Shown one piece after another: positions 7,701 to 17,400 of a stretch of DNA of 42,812 nucleotides. Both the position numbers and the translations under genes were made by a program. The stretch lies in the NCBI GenBank assembly GCA_003266075.1, contig MUZZ01000198.1, forward strand, positions 9,980 through 52,791, in the 5' to 3' direction. Origin of the DNA: Methanosphaera sp. rholeuAM74 (GTDB lineage Archaea; Methanobacteriota; Methanobacteria; Methanobacteriales; Methanobacteriaceae). The stretch's first letter is position 1. Every line of letters starts with the position of its first letter. Under the pieces are notes generated by a model. It was given only the letters and a program-made list of their open reading frames with translations. It did no database searches and was not told the DNA's origin.

Positions 7701-9289
7701 TCATCCAATCACTTACTCAGATGGATATTGGTGGTGCTATTAAGGGAGCTTTTGACTGGCTTAGTGGTTTAGACCTTAGCTGGCTATCTGGTGCTTTCAC
7801 ACCATTAATAGGAATACTCCAACAGATTAATCCACTTGTTCAGGATGCTTTTGGTTGGCTTCAGGATAATGGTCCTAGTATCTGGCAGGGAATCTGTGAT
7901 GGTGCCCAGCAATTCTGGGATATTATCTGTCAAGTTGGTGACAAAGTCAAGGAGGTTATTGATGGCATTAAGGGTGTTGGTGACTGGATTACTAGCACTC
8001 TTGGACTGGGTGGAGATGATAAGAAACCTGAAAATACAGGACAAACACAAGGACAGGATGGTGGAGTTGATGTAGGTACTCAGATGGCACAAGTTGAAGG
8101 ATTAATGTCAAAGTTAGGAGAAGTACGTCAGGGAATACAATCAACCATTTCTGAAATGGCAGGTTTCATTGCAACCACTATTGCCAGTATGATTACCACG
8201 GTGGGTACTAGTTTGAATACAGTATTTAGTATGATTGGTTCTACTATATCCTCTACCATTGCCAGTATTAGTAGCAGTATTAATAGTACAGTCACTACTA
8301 TTGTGTCTGGTTTTACTCAGGTGGCGGCTTTATTGCCGGGTATGGTTGCTAATGTGGGATTACTTTCAGCTGAGTTTCTTGTCTTAACTGCTGGTGTTAC
8401 TGCTTTCACTTTAGCAGGTGTTACTGGTTTGACTATGATTAGTGCTATGGCATTACTTGCTGGTGTTAGTTTTATGGGTATGGCTACTGGTATCATGTTA
8501 GCAACTGCAAGCATGACTGCATTGATGGCTATGACAATGATGGCTAGTACTTTTATGTCTCTTATGGCTGTTAGCAGTACGTTGCTTAGTGCTAATTTGA
8601 TGAGTGCCGCTAATAGCATGATGATGTTTTCAGTTAATATTGCTTCTGCTGTGGCTTCATTTACTGGTTTCGGATTATTAGTTGTGGCTGAGCTTGCGAC
8701 TGCTTCTGCTGCTATCATGACTTTTGCTAGTACTATGCCTTCACAGATGACTACTTGTGCTAATGATATGAAGAATAACTTTAAGAATGGTCTTACTGGT
8801 ATTGCTGATGCTGTGAATAGTGAGATGGGTAATGCGTATAGTGCTTTGTGTAGTTGGGGTGATCGTATGATTGCTAAGGCTGCTGAGATTGGTGCTGCGA
8901 TTCATGCTGCTTTTGCTAATATTGGTATGGGTATGGGTAGTCCTGGTAAGATTCATGATTCTGTTGTGGATGAGATGAAGTATACACGTAATGCTTTGTT
9001 GTCTGCTCAGACTCCTCTTAGTAGTACTGCTGCTGATACTGGTCGTAGTGTGGTTGAAGGTTATACTAGTAAGACTAGTGGTGATGCTTTGCCTGTTATG
9101 ACTGCTACTAGTATTAAGGTGCCTCGTATTAGTACTCCTAGTATGGCTAAGGCTAGTAGTAGTGGTGGTGATACGGTGATTAATGTCACTATTAATGGTG
9201 ATGTTGATAGTCAGGATCGTGTGAATAGTTTTGTTAGAGAGATGAAACGTGCCTTCTTTGAAGGTCGTCGTGCAGGTAGGACAGTATAA
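4730..9289 (+). CDS. Tail tape measure protein
   Basis: 1519 aa, Ala/Gly-rich helical; tape-measure core 'DLSKGIHG.FASLDQYGISEESL'; periodic Trp/Phe; C-terminal 'SPGKI' and 'INVTINGDV' motifs. Confidence 0.92.
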   Translation: MAGGHSHKHTIEIDTKVGNAKDVDSLAKSLDKLSKFKKSSLDGIKDIDLSVKINAGDSINELEGLSAEISKVAKDAKSIKQPKIQLLDASSAKAVNNITNLGSSISKLQKNIKGINAKNITGLTSSVNNLTDAFMSAASAAGTLADATKSIGGNLGSAISQANQLAKAFNDAARNAGNVSKNTKDIDGGSSGSGSSRGIGTGGGFGAIAEGALQAATGKGAHELSFSNAASKQTHKRTVSLWAQKDGGSQKDADDTWTAINDRVNESTATMNATIPSMNAFKASTNASTGFLKDNADVFAALATKVQALGYTEADAQNAMMDLSKGIHGAFASLDQYGISEESLKSTGKWNGDEKDLQGYMDAVRDVMGSATDYADTWAYQKAMLNKDMMRGGEKLFSDYMKPAAGALKAFNDFDKGLFKTFGWNIGTVVSGLSMLDQGLMTVRGTIDAVKTGVANIKQTWTDLKNFGSAVKNLPKTIKDKWQGAKDTLGGIKDKIFGRKDKKKDEKKKDPFEFPKPSDNFPDKCEDPCIDAQDKINKKKKKGDGCDDPCDVSGAINKNGSGIGGDDGCSDDCLETAKEVGKQKEKNHKQTEKNRKDHESSGSSSSDGIDIDVDSGSGSSSSGKSKKGKGKKGKKGKKGKGKKGKKGKGRLGRLKGKLGGKLGKLGGLAVGTAGAGLLGGLFGGDDDEESSSYYSGRGMKTGKRGGFGKSAGKGKGLLSRIGGGAKGLLKSGVSAGKGLLGGIGKALGGGAGKGIFGGLTKTLTGGLGKVAAKIGGKAIFGTLGKAAFSCVPVIGQVAAAAWMVTDVLDMLGIDWFGPLSQGVGAVLDQMGPLGQTIKQVGGQAMEYLGGAADWIMGGFEKLMNGESLGSVLMGGLGDVRGNVSNILRGISPEFADLFDSISTKGMEILGGAGDWIMGGLNKLMNGGSIGEVIWGGLKDIGGNLMDMFGGLGEKLGPVFQGISDWLGGLFSGEGGLDLGGILSAISPITGIIQSLTQMDIGGAIKGAFDWLSGLDLSWLSGAFTPLIGILQQINPLVQDAFGWLQDNGPSIWQGICDGAQQFWDIICQVGDKVKEVIDGIKGVGDWITSTLGLGGDDKKPENTGQTQGQDGGVDVGTQMAQVEGLMSKLGEVRQGIQSTISEMAGFIATTIASMITTVGTSLNTVFSMIGSTISSTIASISSSINSTVTTIVSGFTQVAALLPGMVANVGLLSAEFLVLTAGVTAFTLAGVTGLTMISAMALLAGVSFMGMATGIMLATASMTALMAMTMMASTFMSLMAVSSTLLSANLMSAANSMMMFSVNIASAVASFTGFGLLVVAELATASAAIMTFASTMPSQMTTCANDMKNNFKNGLTGIADAVNSEMGNAYSALCSWGDRMIAKAAEIGAAIHAAFANIGMGMGSPGKIHDSVVDEMKYTRNALLSAQTPLSSTAADTGRSVVEGYTSKTSGDALPVMTATSIKVPRISTPSMAKASSSGGDTVINVTINGDVDSQDRVNSFVREMKRAFFEGRRAGRTV
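6603..6668 (+). repeat. Perfect 33-bp tandem duplication encoding GKK repeats in the TMP
   Basis: gcaaaaagggtaaaggtaagaaaggtaagaaag x2. Confidence 0.9.
7271..7560 (+). repeat. Imperfect internal TMP repeat, 183-bp (61 aa) period
   Basis: LGGAADWIMGGFEKLMNGESLG at 7271 vs LGGAGDWIMGGLNKLMNGGSIG at 7454. Confidence 0.8.
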
Positions 9290-9319
9290 AATATGTTGAT
9301 ACTAGTGGAGGTGTAATAT

Positions 9320-10141
9320 ATGGCTAGAAGTAAAACAAGACCAGACTATTATTTTTATATAAATGGCTACCGATTCAACGTTGACGTCGATAGTAAGAGT
9401 GATAGTGAGATTAATTTGACTAAGAATAAGATGTTTGTATCTAGTAAGAGTTATGGTTATACTGATATTCAGTGGAATAACTTTACTGGTGAAAGTATTG
9501 ATTGCACTATTTATAGTAGGAGTACTGAGGTGTATACTGGTGAGCATGCACAGCCTGACGTGGGTGGTATTACTGATTTCTATAATTATACTCGTACTCC
9601 TGCTGCTGTGTTGAAGTATTGGGCTCAGAATTTCGTGGTTTTTAATGTGAAGACTAATATTCAGAGTCATGAGAGTGCTAAGTATGTGGTGGATGAAAAT
9701 GGGTTTTCTCAGGAGAATCCTACTCCACGTGAAACATTTACTCATTTGAAGTTGATTCAGTATGAGCGTCCTTGGGAGATGGAACAGACTTATTGGCAGA
9801 ATCAGGCTGACTTTGTGAATACTTCCAGTATTTCTGCTTTGGCTGAGGAGTTGAAGGGTATTGGTGAGTACGAGCAGCGTTGTAGTTGTAATGCTACTAG
9901 TAAGTATGAGGATTGTACTAGTAGTGTGTATGATGATGTGATGATTATTCAGCGTTATCTTCAGCAGTGGGGTTATTTTCCGTTTTATCTCCGGAATGCT
10001 GGTGTGGTGACTGTGACTGGCAGGTATTGTTATTATACTACGTTGGCTGTTCAGAAGTTTCAGGAGGATAATAAGTTAACTGTTACTGGTAAGTTTAATA
10101 AGGAGACACGTGATTGTTTTATTAAAAAGTTAGGAGAATAA
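9320..10141 (+). CDS. Tail tube initiator/baseplate protein with C-terminal PG_binding_1 domain
   Basis: Immediately after the TMP; C-terminus 'DVMIIQRYLQQWGY...TGRY...T.LAVQKFQEDNKLTVTGKF'. Confidence 0.65.
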   Translation: MARSKTRPDYYFYINGYRFNVDVDSKSDSEINLTKNKMFVSSKSYGYTDIQWNNFTGESIDCTIYSRSTEVYTGEHAQPDVGGITDFYNYTRTPAAVLKYWAQNFVVFNVKTNIQSHESAKYVVDENGFSQENPTPRETFTHLKLIQYERPWEMEQTYWQNQADFVNTSSISALAEELKGIGEYEQRCSCNATSKYEDCTSSVYDDVMIIQRYLQQWGYFPFYLRNAGVVTVTGRYCYYTTLAVQKFQEDNKLTVTGKFNKETRDCFIKKLGE

Positions 10142-10145
10142 CATA

Positions 10146-10430
10146 ATGGCTGAAGAGAAAAAGGATGAGAAGAAAGAAGATAAGAAAGAGGAACGTAAAA
10201 AAGTATACACTCCAATGTGGCAACAGGAGAATCCTAGTGAGCATCGTGTTAGTGGTGATATGCCTGATATACACTTGTATGTGAGCTTCCAGAAACGTGG
10301 CACAGAGGATGCCGCACAGCCATACACTACTCAGCAGGAAACTGCTGACAAGAAAAAGGAGAGTACAACAGATAACACTAATAATAGTAACACGGCTACT
10401 GGTAATACGAGTACTGGCACAAACACATAA
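10146..10430 (+). CDS. Small virion protein, possibly the N-terminal piece of the baseplate hub
   Basis: GGAG RBS; charged N-terminus, single strand 'PDIHLYVSF', Thr/Asn-rich tail. Confidence 0.6.
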   Translation: MAEEKKDEKKEDKKEERKKVYTPMWQQENPSEHRVSGDMPDIHLYVSFQKRGTEDAAQPYTTQQETADKKKESTTDNTNNSNTATGNTSTGTNT

Positions 10431-10451
10431 GCTATGGAGGGTTGATATAGA

Positions 10452-12416
10452 ATGGTTGATACAACTTACACGGTAGTGGTAAATAGTGATAACATCGAAG
10501 GAAAAAGTGCTGATAAGGCACGAATACAACGATGCGTTGATGCACTTAAACAAGCTGGATACAATGCCATAGCAAGTGGAGTAGGACCCAACTGGCACGT
10601 TAGCGATATGAGAAATCATAAAAATAGTTACATTGTATGTATCGTTGGTGGACTCTGTGCTGGTACTATCCTTGATTATGCTTCTGCATATTACCAAAAT
10701 TACATGAAGAACAATAATAATAAGGGTGGGCAGGCATATTATGCTAAGCATGGGAAGTACAAAGTTCCTGCCAGTCAACTTGAATGGCTTGAACGTGCGT
10801 GGGATGATAATTTCAGTCCACGCAGTTTTAAGGGGTGTAAACCTTCAGAGTATTTTAAAAAGGCTGGTTTTGATGAGGCTTTTGCACTTGATGATAGTGG
10901 GTTTCCACAGGCAGTTGTGTCTATGGTTCAGAATGGTGGTGTAGCCACGGCTGGTGGTGGACTTGGTAGTGGCACTAATAATGTTGGAGCTTTAAAGCCT
11001 TCTAAGGGTTTTGTGGGTAGTGCTAGGGGTACTAGTCCCCAGTACTGGAATCGTGAAAACTATAGTGATTACGTGGAAGTACCATTTCATAGTATTAGGA
11101 TTACTGATGAAGACCCACATGTGAAAACTTGTATCTTTGAAACTACCATGGAAATACCCTTGCTTGAAGGACGTGATGCAATACTTGTTACTGGTGATGA
11201 TTGTAATGACTTTGGTGGTATCGTGTTGAAGAAGGAAAAGAACTCTGAGAATGGTATATGGGAGTATACTTGTCAGGGTTTCTTGGAACGTGTGTTGGCT
11301 AATGAGATTACATATGTGGCTGATGGTAGTGAAACTGTTTATGAGATTCTGACTAATGTCATGGATGATGCTGGTATTCCTAAGGATAATTTGCTTCCTA
11401 TTGATGAGTATGATATTGCTGTTACTAGTGAAACTCAGGAGTTGCTTAAGAAGGATAAGGATTTAACTGAGACTAGTGATGCTTTCAGACAACAGCAACA
11501 GGATACCACTAGTGGAGGTGGCAGTTCCAGTAGTAGCAATAGCAGTAGTAATGAATCAGGTAGTACTAGTACTACTAAAACATACACGAAAACTCTTAAC
11601 ACGACCAAAAAGGGAGATGTCATCAATCCTATGAAGAAAAAACCAGTAGGATTATTCAAACAGAAAACATACGGAGATTTCTTCCGTACACTCATATATG
11701 ATTATGGAGTGAACGTGGACTTCTATGGTGATATAAATGGTATACCACACTTTGATGTAATGGATTTGGAAACATGGAAACGTAGTGGATTCATCCTACC
11801 TGAAACAATGGGTATTAGTGGCTACACCTATGGTATGGATATCACTAATATCATCACACAGACAGGTATCGAGAACATTAGTGCAATTAATGGTTCTGGA
11901 GAGATTTACACTAGTCAGGAACTACTCGGCGTGAACATTGAGGACTTCGTGGGACGTATGGGGGTAGTACTGGAAAACCCATCTGCACAGGGTAGCACCA
12001 ATACTGGTGGGGAAGCTAGTGTGAAGATTACTGAAAAGTACCAGGATAGTACAGGTAAGACTTATGAGACATCACAAGTAATTGTTACCAAGGGTAAACC
12101 TAGTTGCAGTAAGTGTAGCCATAAAAATGGTGGAAGTCAACCAGTTTATCAACAGTATAATAAGGCATGGCTTAACAAGTGTCCTGGGTGTAAAGAAGAA
12201 AACAGTCTGAAAAGCGTTGAAGAAGGTGATGGTAAAACAGTTTGTAGTAAGTGTAATAAAGAGTACTGCCAGTACTGTGGATACAGCATTGATGGGGGCA
12301 ATTATCAGCTTACTGAATTGTTTCTTTCACAGACATCTAATCAAACTGTTAATGAAACTAAAAACAGCACTACTAGTGACAGTAGTGACAGTACAAATAC
12401 TACTACAAGCACATAA
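10452..12416 (+). CDS. Baseplate hub (gp27/gpD/XkdQ-like) with N-terminal enzyme-like alpha/beta domain and C-terminal Cys-rich Zn finger
   Basis: 'FGGIVLKKEK...WEYTCQGFLERVL...ETVYEILTNVM' and 'FYGDINGIPHF' hub pattern; CSKC/CPGC/CSKC/CQYC near the C-terminus. Confidence 0.65.
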   Translation: MVDTTYTVVVNSDNIEGKSADKARIQRCVDALKQAGYNAIASGVGPNWHVSDMRNHKNSYIVCIVGGLCAGTILDYASAYYQNYMKNNNNKGGQAYYAKHGKYKVPASQLEWLERAWDDNFSPRSFKGCKPSEYFKKAGFDEAFALDDSGFPQAVVSMVQNGGVATAGGGLGSGTNNVGALKPSKGFVGSARGTSPQYWNRENYSDYVEVPFHSIRITDEDPHVKTCIFETTMEIPLLEGRDAILVTGDDCNDFGGIVLKKEKNSENGIWEYTCQGFLERVLANEITYVADGSETVYEILTNVMDDAGIPKDNLLPIDEYDIAVTSETQELLKKDKDLTETSDAFRQQQQDTTSGGGSSSSSNSSSNESGSTSTTKTYTKTLNTTKKGDVINPMKKKPVGLFKQKTYGDFFRTLIYDYGVNVDFYGDINGIPHFDVMDLETWKRSGFILPETMGISGYTYGMDITNIITQTGIENISAINGSGEIYTSQELLGVNIEDFVGRMGVVLENPSAQGSTNTGGEASVKITEKYQDSTGKTYETSQVIVTKGKPSCSKCSHKNGGSQPVYQQYNKAWLNKCPGCKEENSLKSVEEGDGKTVCSKCNKEYCQYCGYSIDGGNYQLTELFLSQTSNQTVNETKNSTTSDSSDSTNTTTST

Positions 12417-12444
12417 TGAACTTAGATGGAATAGGTGATAGTAA

Positions 12445-13455
12445 ATGGTAGATGATTCACAGGTAAGCAGTGGAACAAGTACAGCAAGTACAGATACCAG
12501 TAACACGGATGCCACTAATACTCAGAGTAATGATGGTACAGCAGAAAACGTGAAAAACAATGATGTAGAAAAAAACAAGAAATACGCTGAAATACGGATG
12601 ATGGAAGAATTGAGATCCACATACCAGCTAAAGATTGACCTCCCACGTGTACCTATAGGTGTCTCTAGTGGGATGTTCTTTTTCATGCCGGTAATTGATG
12701 AGTTCTATGAAAAAAACTATGGGGAACTTATGAAGATAGTCGCTGATAAGAAGTTCGCACGTTATGCTGGTTTTGAGAAAGGACGTTTCTACGTGGAAAA
12801 AGTTGAAGAAAAACATGGATTTACACGTGGATGTACACTAACAGTGAACCCTCTTGCACCTAGTCTAGGCCAATGGAGTCAAATGATGGTGGAGGCGGAG
12901 AAGGCTCTGATTCAGGCAGTTAACGAGGCACAGAATAGTCAGACAACTGGTAGTGTTGATAGCACTACCGGTGGGGGTGGCATCGCCGGGCTTACTACAA
13001 TGACTGGTAAGGATTGTAGTGAAACATATGGCATTAGTACTAGGAGTTTCGATATTTCCAAAACTGCTAATCATCTAATTGGTAATAGTAGTGCTAATTA
13101 TGCAGTAGATACTGCGAATATGACTGCACGTGAGGCACTAATGGATGTGTATAACCGCTTCCGTTATAGTGGCTATAGTGATAATCGTACCTGCCCACAG
13201 AAGATGTGGAACAAGAGTGGAACTATCCGTGGTAACTGTGCTGATATCGCACGCTTGGAGATGTGCCTGGGTCAGGTTCATGGCTTGAAGATTGGGATAA
13301 GACACTGTCCTAATCATTATTATAATCTCATTGAACTTGATGGTAAAACCTATCGTTTTGATTGCTGTTTCAAATCGAGGGGTTACACCTCAGCACATTA
13401 TGGTGGGGAGCTTTGTAATAATTTGAGTATGAATGGTGGTCCGTGGAGTAGATAG
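12445..13455 (+). CDS. Hub C-terminal strands fused to a transglutaminase-like (C71/PeiW-type) peptidase; tail-associated pseudomurein hydrolase
   Basis: 'GRFYVEKVEEKHG...CTLTV' is a hub end; 'YSGYSDNR...GNCADIARL...NHYYNLIELDG..YRFD' gives a Cys-His-Asn/Asp set. Confidence 0.7.
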   Translation: MVDDSQVSSGTSTASTDTSNTDATNTQSNDGTAENVKNNDVEKNKKYAEIRMMEELRSTYQLKIDLPRVPIGVSSGMFFFMPVIDEFYEKNYGELMKIVADKKFARYAGFEKGRFYVEKVEEKHGFTRGCTLTVNPLAPSLGQWSQMMVEAEKALIQAVNEAQNSQTTGSVDSTTGGGGIAGLTTMTGKDCSETYGISTRSFDISKTANHLIGNSSANYAVDTANMTAREALMDVYNRFRYSGYSDNRTCPQKMWNKSGTIRGNCADIARLEMCLGQVHGLKIGIRHCPNHYYNLIELDGKTYRFDCCFKSRGYTSAHYGGELCNNLSMNGGPWSR

Positions 13456-13456
13456 A

Positions 13457-13708
13457 ATGTTAAGTGAAAGTATTAAGAAAGCAATTGTCGGACAGTTGCA
13501 TATTCACCTTGAAGAAGAATTTTATGAGTATATTCCTATGATGTTAGGTGAGGTTTATTATACCACTCCAGATGGTTTTGGTTTGTATACGTTGAAGCCT
13601 CATCCGTATATGGGTGATATTGCCATGCAGTTTAGTAGTGTTAATGGTGCATTTATTGAGATTACATCTTGGGAGTATATTAAGACGATTGGGAGGAAAG
13701 TAGTATGA
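13457..13708 (+). CDS. Hypothetical viral protein
   Basis: ATG 1 bp after the previous stop; ATGA overlap with the next gene. Confidence 0.6.
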   Translation: MLSESIKKAIVGQLHIHLEEEFYEYIPMMLGEVYYTTPDGFGLYTLKPHPYMGDIAMQFSSVNGAFIEITSWEYIKTIGRKVV

Positions 13709-14403
13709 TTAATCAGATGACAATCAATGATAGAACGTTGCCTAGTGATGTTCCAGTTAATATTTACTCAGTAATGGGTGTTGATGAGCCGTGGGAGGAT
13801 TATGATGTTTATGAGGATAATGTGCTGGTTGACAGGATACGCTTGATGAGTCATGGAAACATTGACCTGAGTGATACTAGTCTTTGGAAGGCATATACCA
13901 GTAATGGTAGTCCTACTAGTTTACCAGATGATTTTATAGATGATGAGAATACTGTACATTCCCATGATAATCTGTGGATTTGTTATGATGTACCGTTCTC
14001 TGAAGTGGGAGATGTGAACTCTTATGGGTTAAAAGCATATATCTCCAATAATATAACTGACTTTGAAACTAGATATCTGTTCGGATTATTCAATCCATCA
14101 GAAAATAAATATTACGGTGTAATTAGAAATTTCAATACAACTGAATTTCATATAAGCCTAAATGGATGGGTTAGAGATTATATCGGGGATGAAATTGAAG
14201 ACACTATGCAATGTTTTGCATTTCATATTGATGGTTACAATAATTTATATCTAACAAGTCCTAGTGGGGATAGATATACCCTTTCAACAGAGTTCACAGA
14301 ATATCCTGAGCTACTTGACGATTATTACTTCGGAATATTTATCCATAGTGGGGGCACAGTTAATCTACATAGTCTCATTCCTGTAATGGAGGTTCTACGA
14401 TAA
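13705..14403 (+). CDS. Hypothetical virion protein, possible lectin-like beta-sandwich
   Basis: 232 aa, aromatic and beta-rich; TAATG coupling to the fibre gene. Confidence 0.6.
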   Translation: MINQMTINDRTLPSDVPVNIYSVMGVDEPWEDYDVYEDNVLVDRIRLMSHGNIDLSDTSLWKAYTSNGSPTSLPDDFIDDENTVHSHDNLWICYDVPFSEVGDVNSYGLKAYISNNITDFETRYLFGLFNPSENKYYGVIRNFNTTEFHISLNGWVRDYIGDEIEDTMQCFAFHIDGYNNLYLTSPSGDRYTLSTEFTEYPELLDDYYFGIFIHSGGTVNLHSLIPVMEVLR

Positions 14404-17400
14404 TGGTAAATCAAAATCGTAAAGTGTTCTATGAAACACAACTTAGCCAAAACAATCATGCTTACCAGTACATCATGCAACCTACTATTCCGGGAAGACA
14501 TACAATAGACTTAAAAGATGAAAATAACACTTCAGTATTATCACAGAGTTACTGCTACAATGCTAGCATAACACTAATCATAGATTATGACAACAGCATT
14601 TATGTTGGTGAACGGTCACAACTCAATATCACAGCAAAGTACAATGACCAAACAACTCCAGCTAGCAACATAACTCTACGATTAAGTTACACTAAAAATG
14701 GGAGTAATGTTCAGTTAGATGCCACAACAGATAGTAATGGTCAATGCACAATCAATACACAGGTATTTGATACAAGTGGTACATATACTCTGCAAATTGC
14801 GGCAGTAAATCTCCCACAATGTATTACCATGGGTAACGTGAACAAAGCATTAACTGTATCTAAGAAAGATGTATTTATAAATGATAACTCCAGTACAACC
14901 ACTGTTAATCCATGGGAGACTGCTACTATAAGCTGTATTGTAACTGACCCCCAAGGCAACCCTGTTAGTGGAGCGAAACTAAACTGTTCAAGTGGGAATG
15001 TTATTAATCGAAATGTCACCACCAATAGTAATGGAATAGCGAGTTTCACATACGACCCCGGTAATGGTTGTACCAATTGTAACCTGAACTACACATGGAG
15101 TATTGCTTCAAATGAAAACAAGTATCAGTCATTAGGGTTGAATAAAACATTACATGTTAATTCAAAGCTAACACCAAGTATCATACTTCTGGCATATGAA
15201 ACTAATTTTAATATAAACACTAAGACGTGGAGTATCTCTTACTTCTTCCAGTTAATAGGTGAGGATAACTCGCCATTACCTTATGAGGAGTTGGAAGTTG
15301 TTGATCCAAGTGGTCAAACACATACCCTCACAGCAAGTGTTTATGGTCATCAAGTCTGGTGGAAGTACACATACGATGGAATCAATAGTGCTGGTGTAGT
15401 GGATGTTACCGTGAGAAACGTTGAAACAAGCCAATATAAACAAGTTAGTACAAGTATTAGTGAAGAAATTAGTAAGGAAAACACTACCATAACATCTGTT
15501 GATGCTATGGGCTACTGTACACGTAACGTGGGCATAAGTGCTACACTTAAACATACGGCTTCCAATACCGCCCTCTCAGGTAAAACTCTTAAATTGATGG
15601 AGGGTAACACAGTACTGGAACAGGGTACAACGGATATTAATGGAACAGTTACATTTAACCATACATTCAGTACTGTGGGAACTAAAAACTTGAATATTAA
15701 ATTTGCTGGTGATACAGTATTTGCAGCATCCAATACCGGTATTCACGTCAATATATTACCACGTAAAAACACTATCCTGACGTTCCAGTACAATGACAAT
15801 ATTTATGGGTATAATATGGGTGGAAGTGTGCATCTTTATGATGAAAACAATGAAACACTAAGCAATGAGTACATTAAAGTCTATGATGAAACTAACACAC
15901 TCATAGCCGGGGGGAATACTGACAGTAATGGTGAATTCACATTCAGTTACCTAGTACAACACGTGGGGGTATACCAGTGGAAGATAGTGTATGAAGGTAG
16001 TGATCCTTACATTGAACATACATTAGAGGTTAACGTGACTTTCATCAAAGACACTCCAATCCTGTCAATTATTAGTGATAAGAGTGTTTATACTGATGGA
16101 AGTGGTGGTTATCTGACAATGATTTTAACAGATAGCCTTGGAAGACCACTAGGCAGTAAGAACTTGAAAGTAACTAACTTTGAAGCTGAAAAATTAGCAA
16201 TAGTAACAACCAATCAGAATGGTGAATCACGTTACGACTTTGAAGCAATCGCCGGATACAGGCAGTTTAATGTTGAATTTTTTGAAGACGAACACTATAA
16301 CTACGTGAAAGAACATTATGTAATCCTATACAACATAGTCGTTGAAAGAGAGATAAACATCAATAATTGTGGAGCCGAATTGGCAATTAATCCCTCACTA
16401 GTGCCTATAGGATTATATGATGTGGAGATGAACTATCTGGGAACAGTTAATTATGGTGTTAGTGAAAACAATCAGGGAATTGATGTGAAAAAGGCAACCT
16501 ACTTTGAGTTAATTTCACCAGCTAGTCCTATACGTGTCGAGTCTATGAGCATAGTAAACGTCACTAGTAGGCTTTGTGATACTGAAAACCATGTACTCCC
16601 TTCTAAAAATGTTACAACGAAGATTAATAACACTATTAGCGTGAATAGTGTAACTAATGAAAATGGGTTGGTGTCACGTAGCTATCCAGTTGTTCCTAGT
16701 AACAGTTCTGAGAAAAGACAACTTGCCATGCGTGCACCTTCATGGGTGGGAACTATTACTATATTATCTTTTATTTTTGGTTTCACTCATTATTATGCTA
16801 GTTGTAGGCTTGACGTACCTATTGAGTGGACAAAGATTACCCCTACACTTGATGTGGAGGTACCCGCATACTTCTTCTGTGATGTAGCGGACACTATCCA
16901 TGCACGATTGTATTATACTTGTTTTGATGAAGAAATACCTATTACTGGAAAAAATATAACATTAGACTGTGAGGGTATCTCTGTTACTGCTGTGACTGAT
17001 AGTAATGGTGAGATAAGCATAGTGTATAATGGTCTTAGTAGTAAAACAGTTTCTGCTAGTATGGAGTTTGCTGGTGATAGTAAATTTAACAGCGTATTTG
17101 AGGATGTTACATTGAATATATTGGATCGATTGAATCCACGTATACTCTGTGAGGATGAGAGTTGCAGTTACGGGGATGATGTATCCTTGGATGTGACCTT
17201 CGTAGATGATAGGAACAACCCACTAGCTGGACAAACATTAACTTTCTATGAAGATGGGCAAGTCTTCGACATTAAACAAACAGATAATAATGGAAGGTGT
17301 AGCGTGGATTATCCAACAAGTGTTGTGGGTGAACATCATGTTACTATCGTGTATACTCGTCTTAGTGGTGTTAGCAGATATAATAGTTGTAGCAAGGATG

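Noticed and set aside
10428-10454. Stop-codon readthrough fusing ORFs 10146 and 10452 (same frame)
   Set aside because: Two stops (TAA and TGA) intervene and ORF 10452 has its own GGAGG RBS
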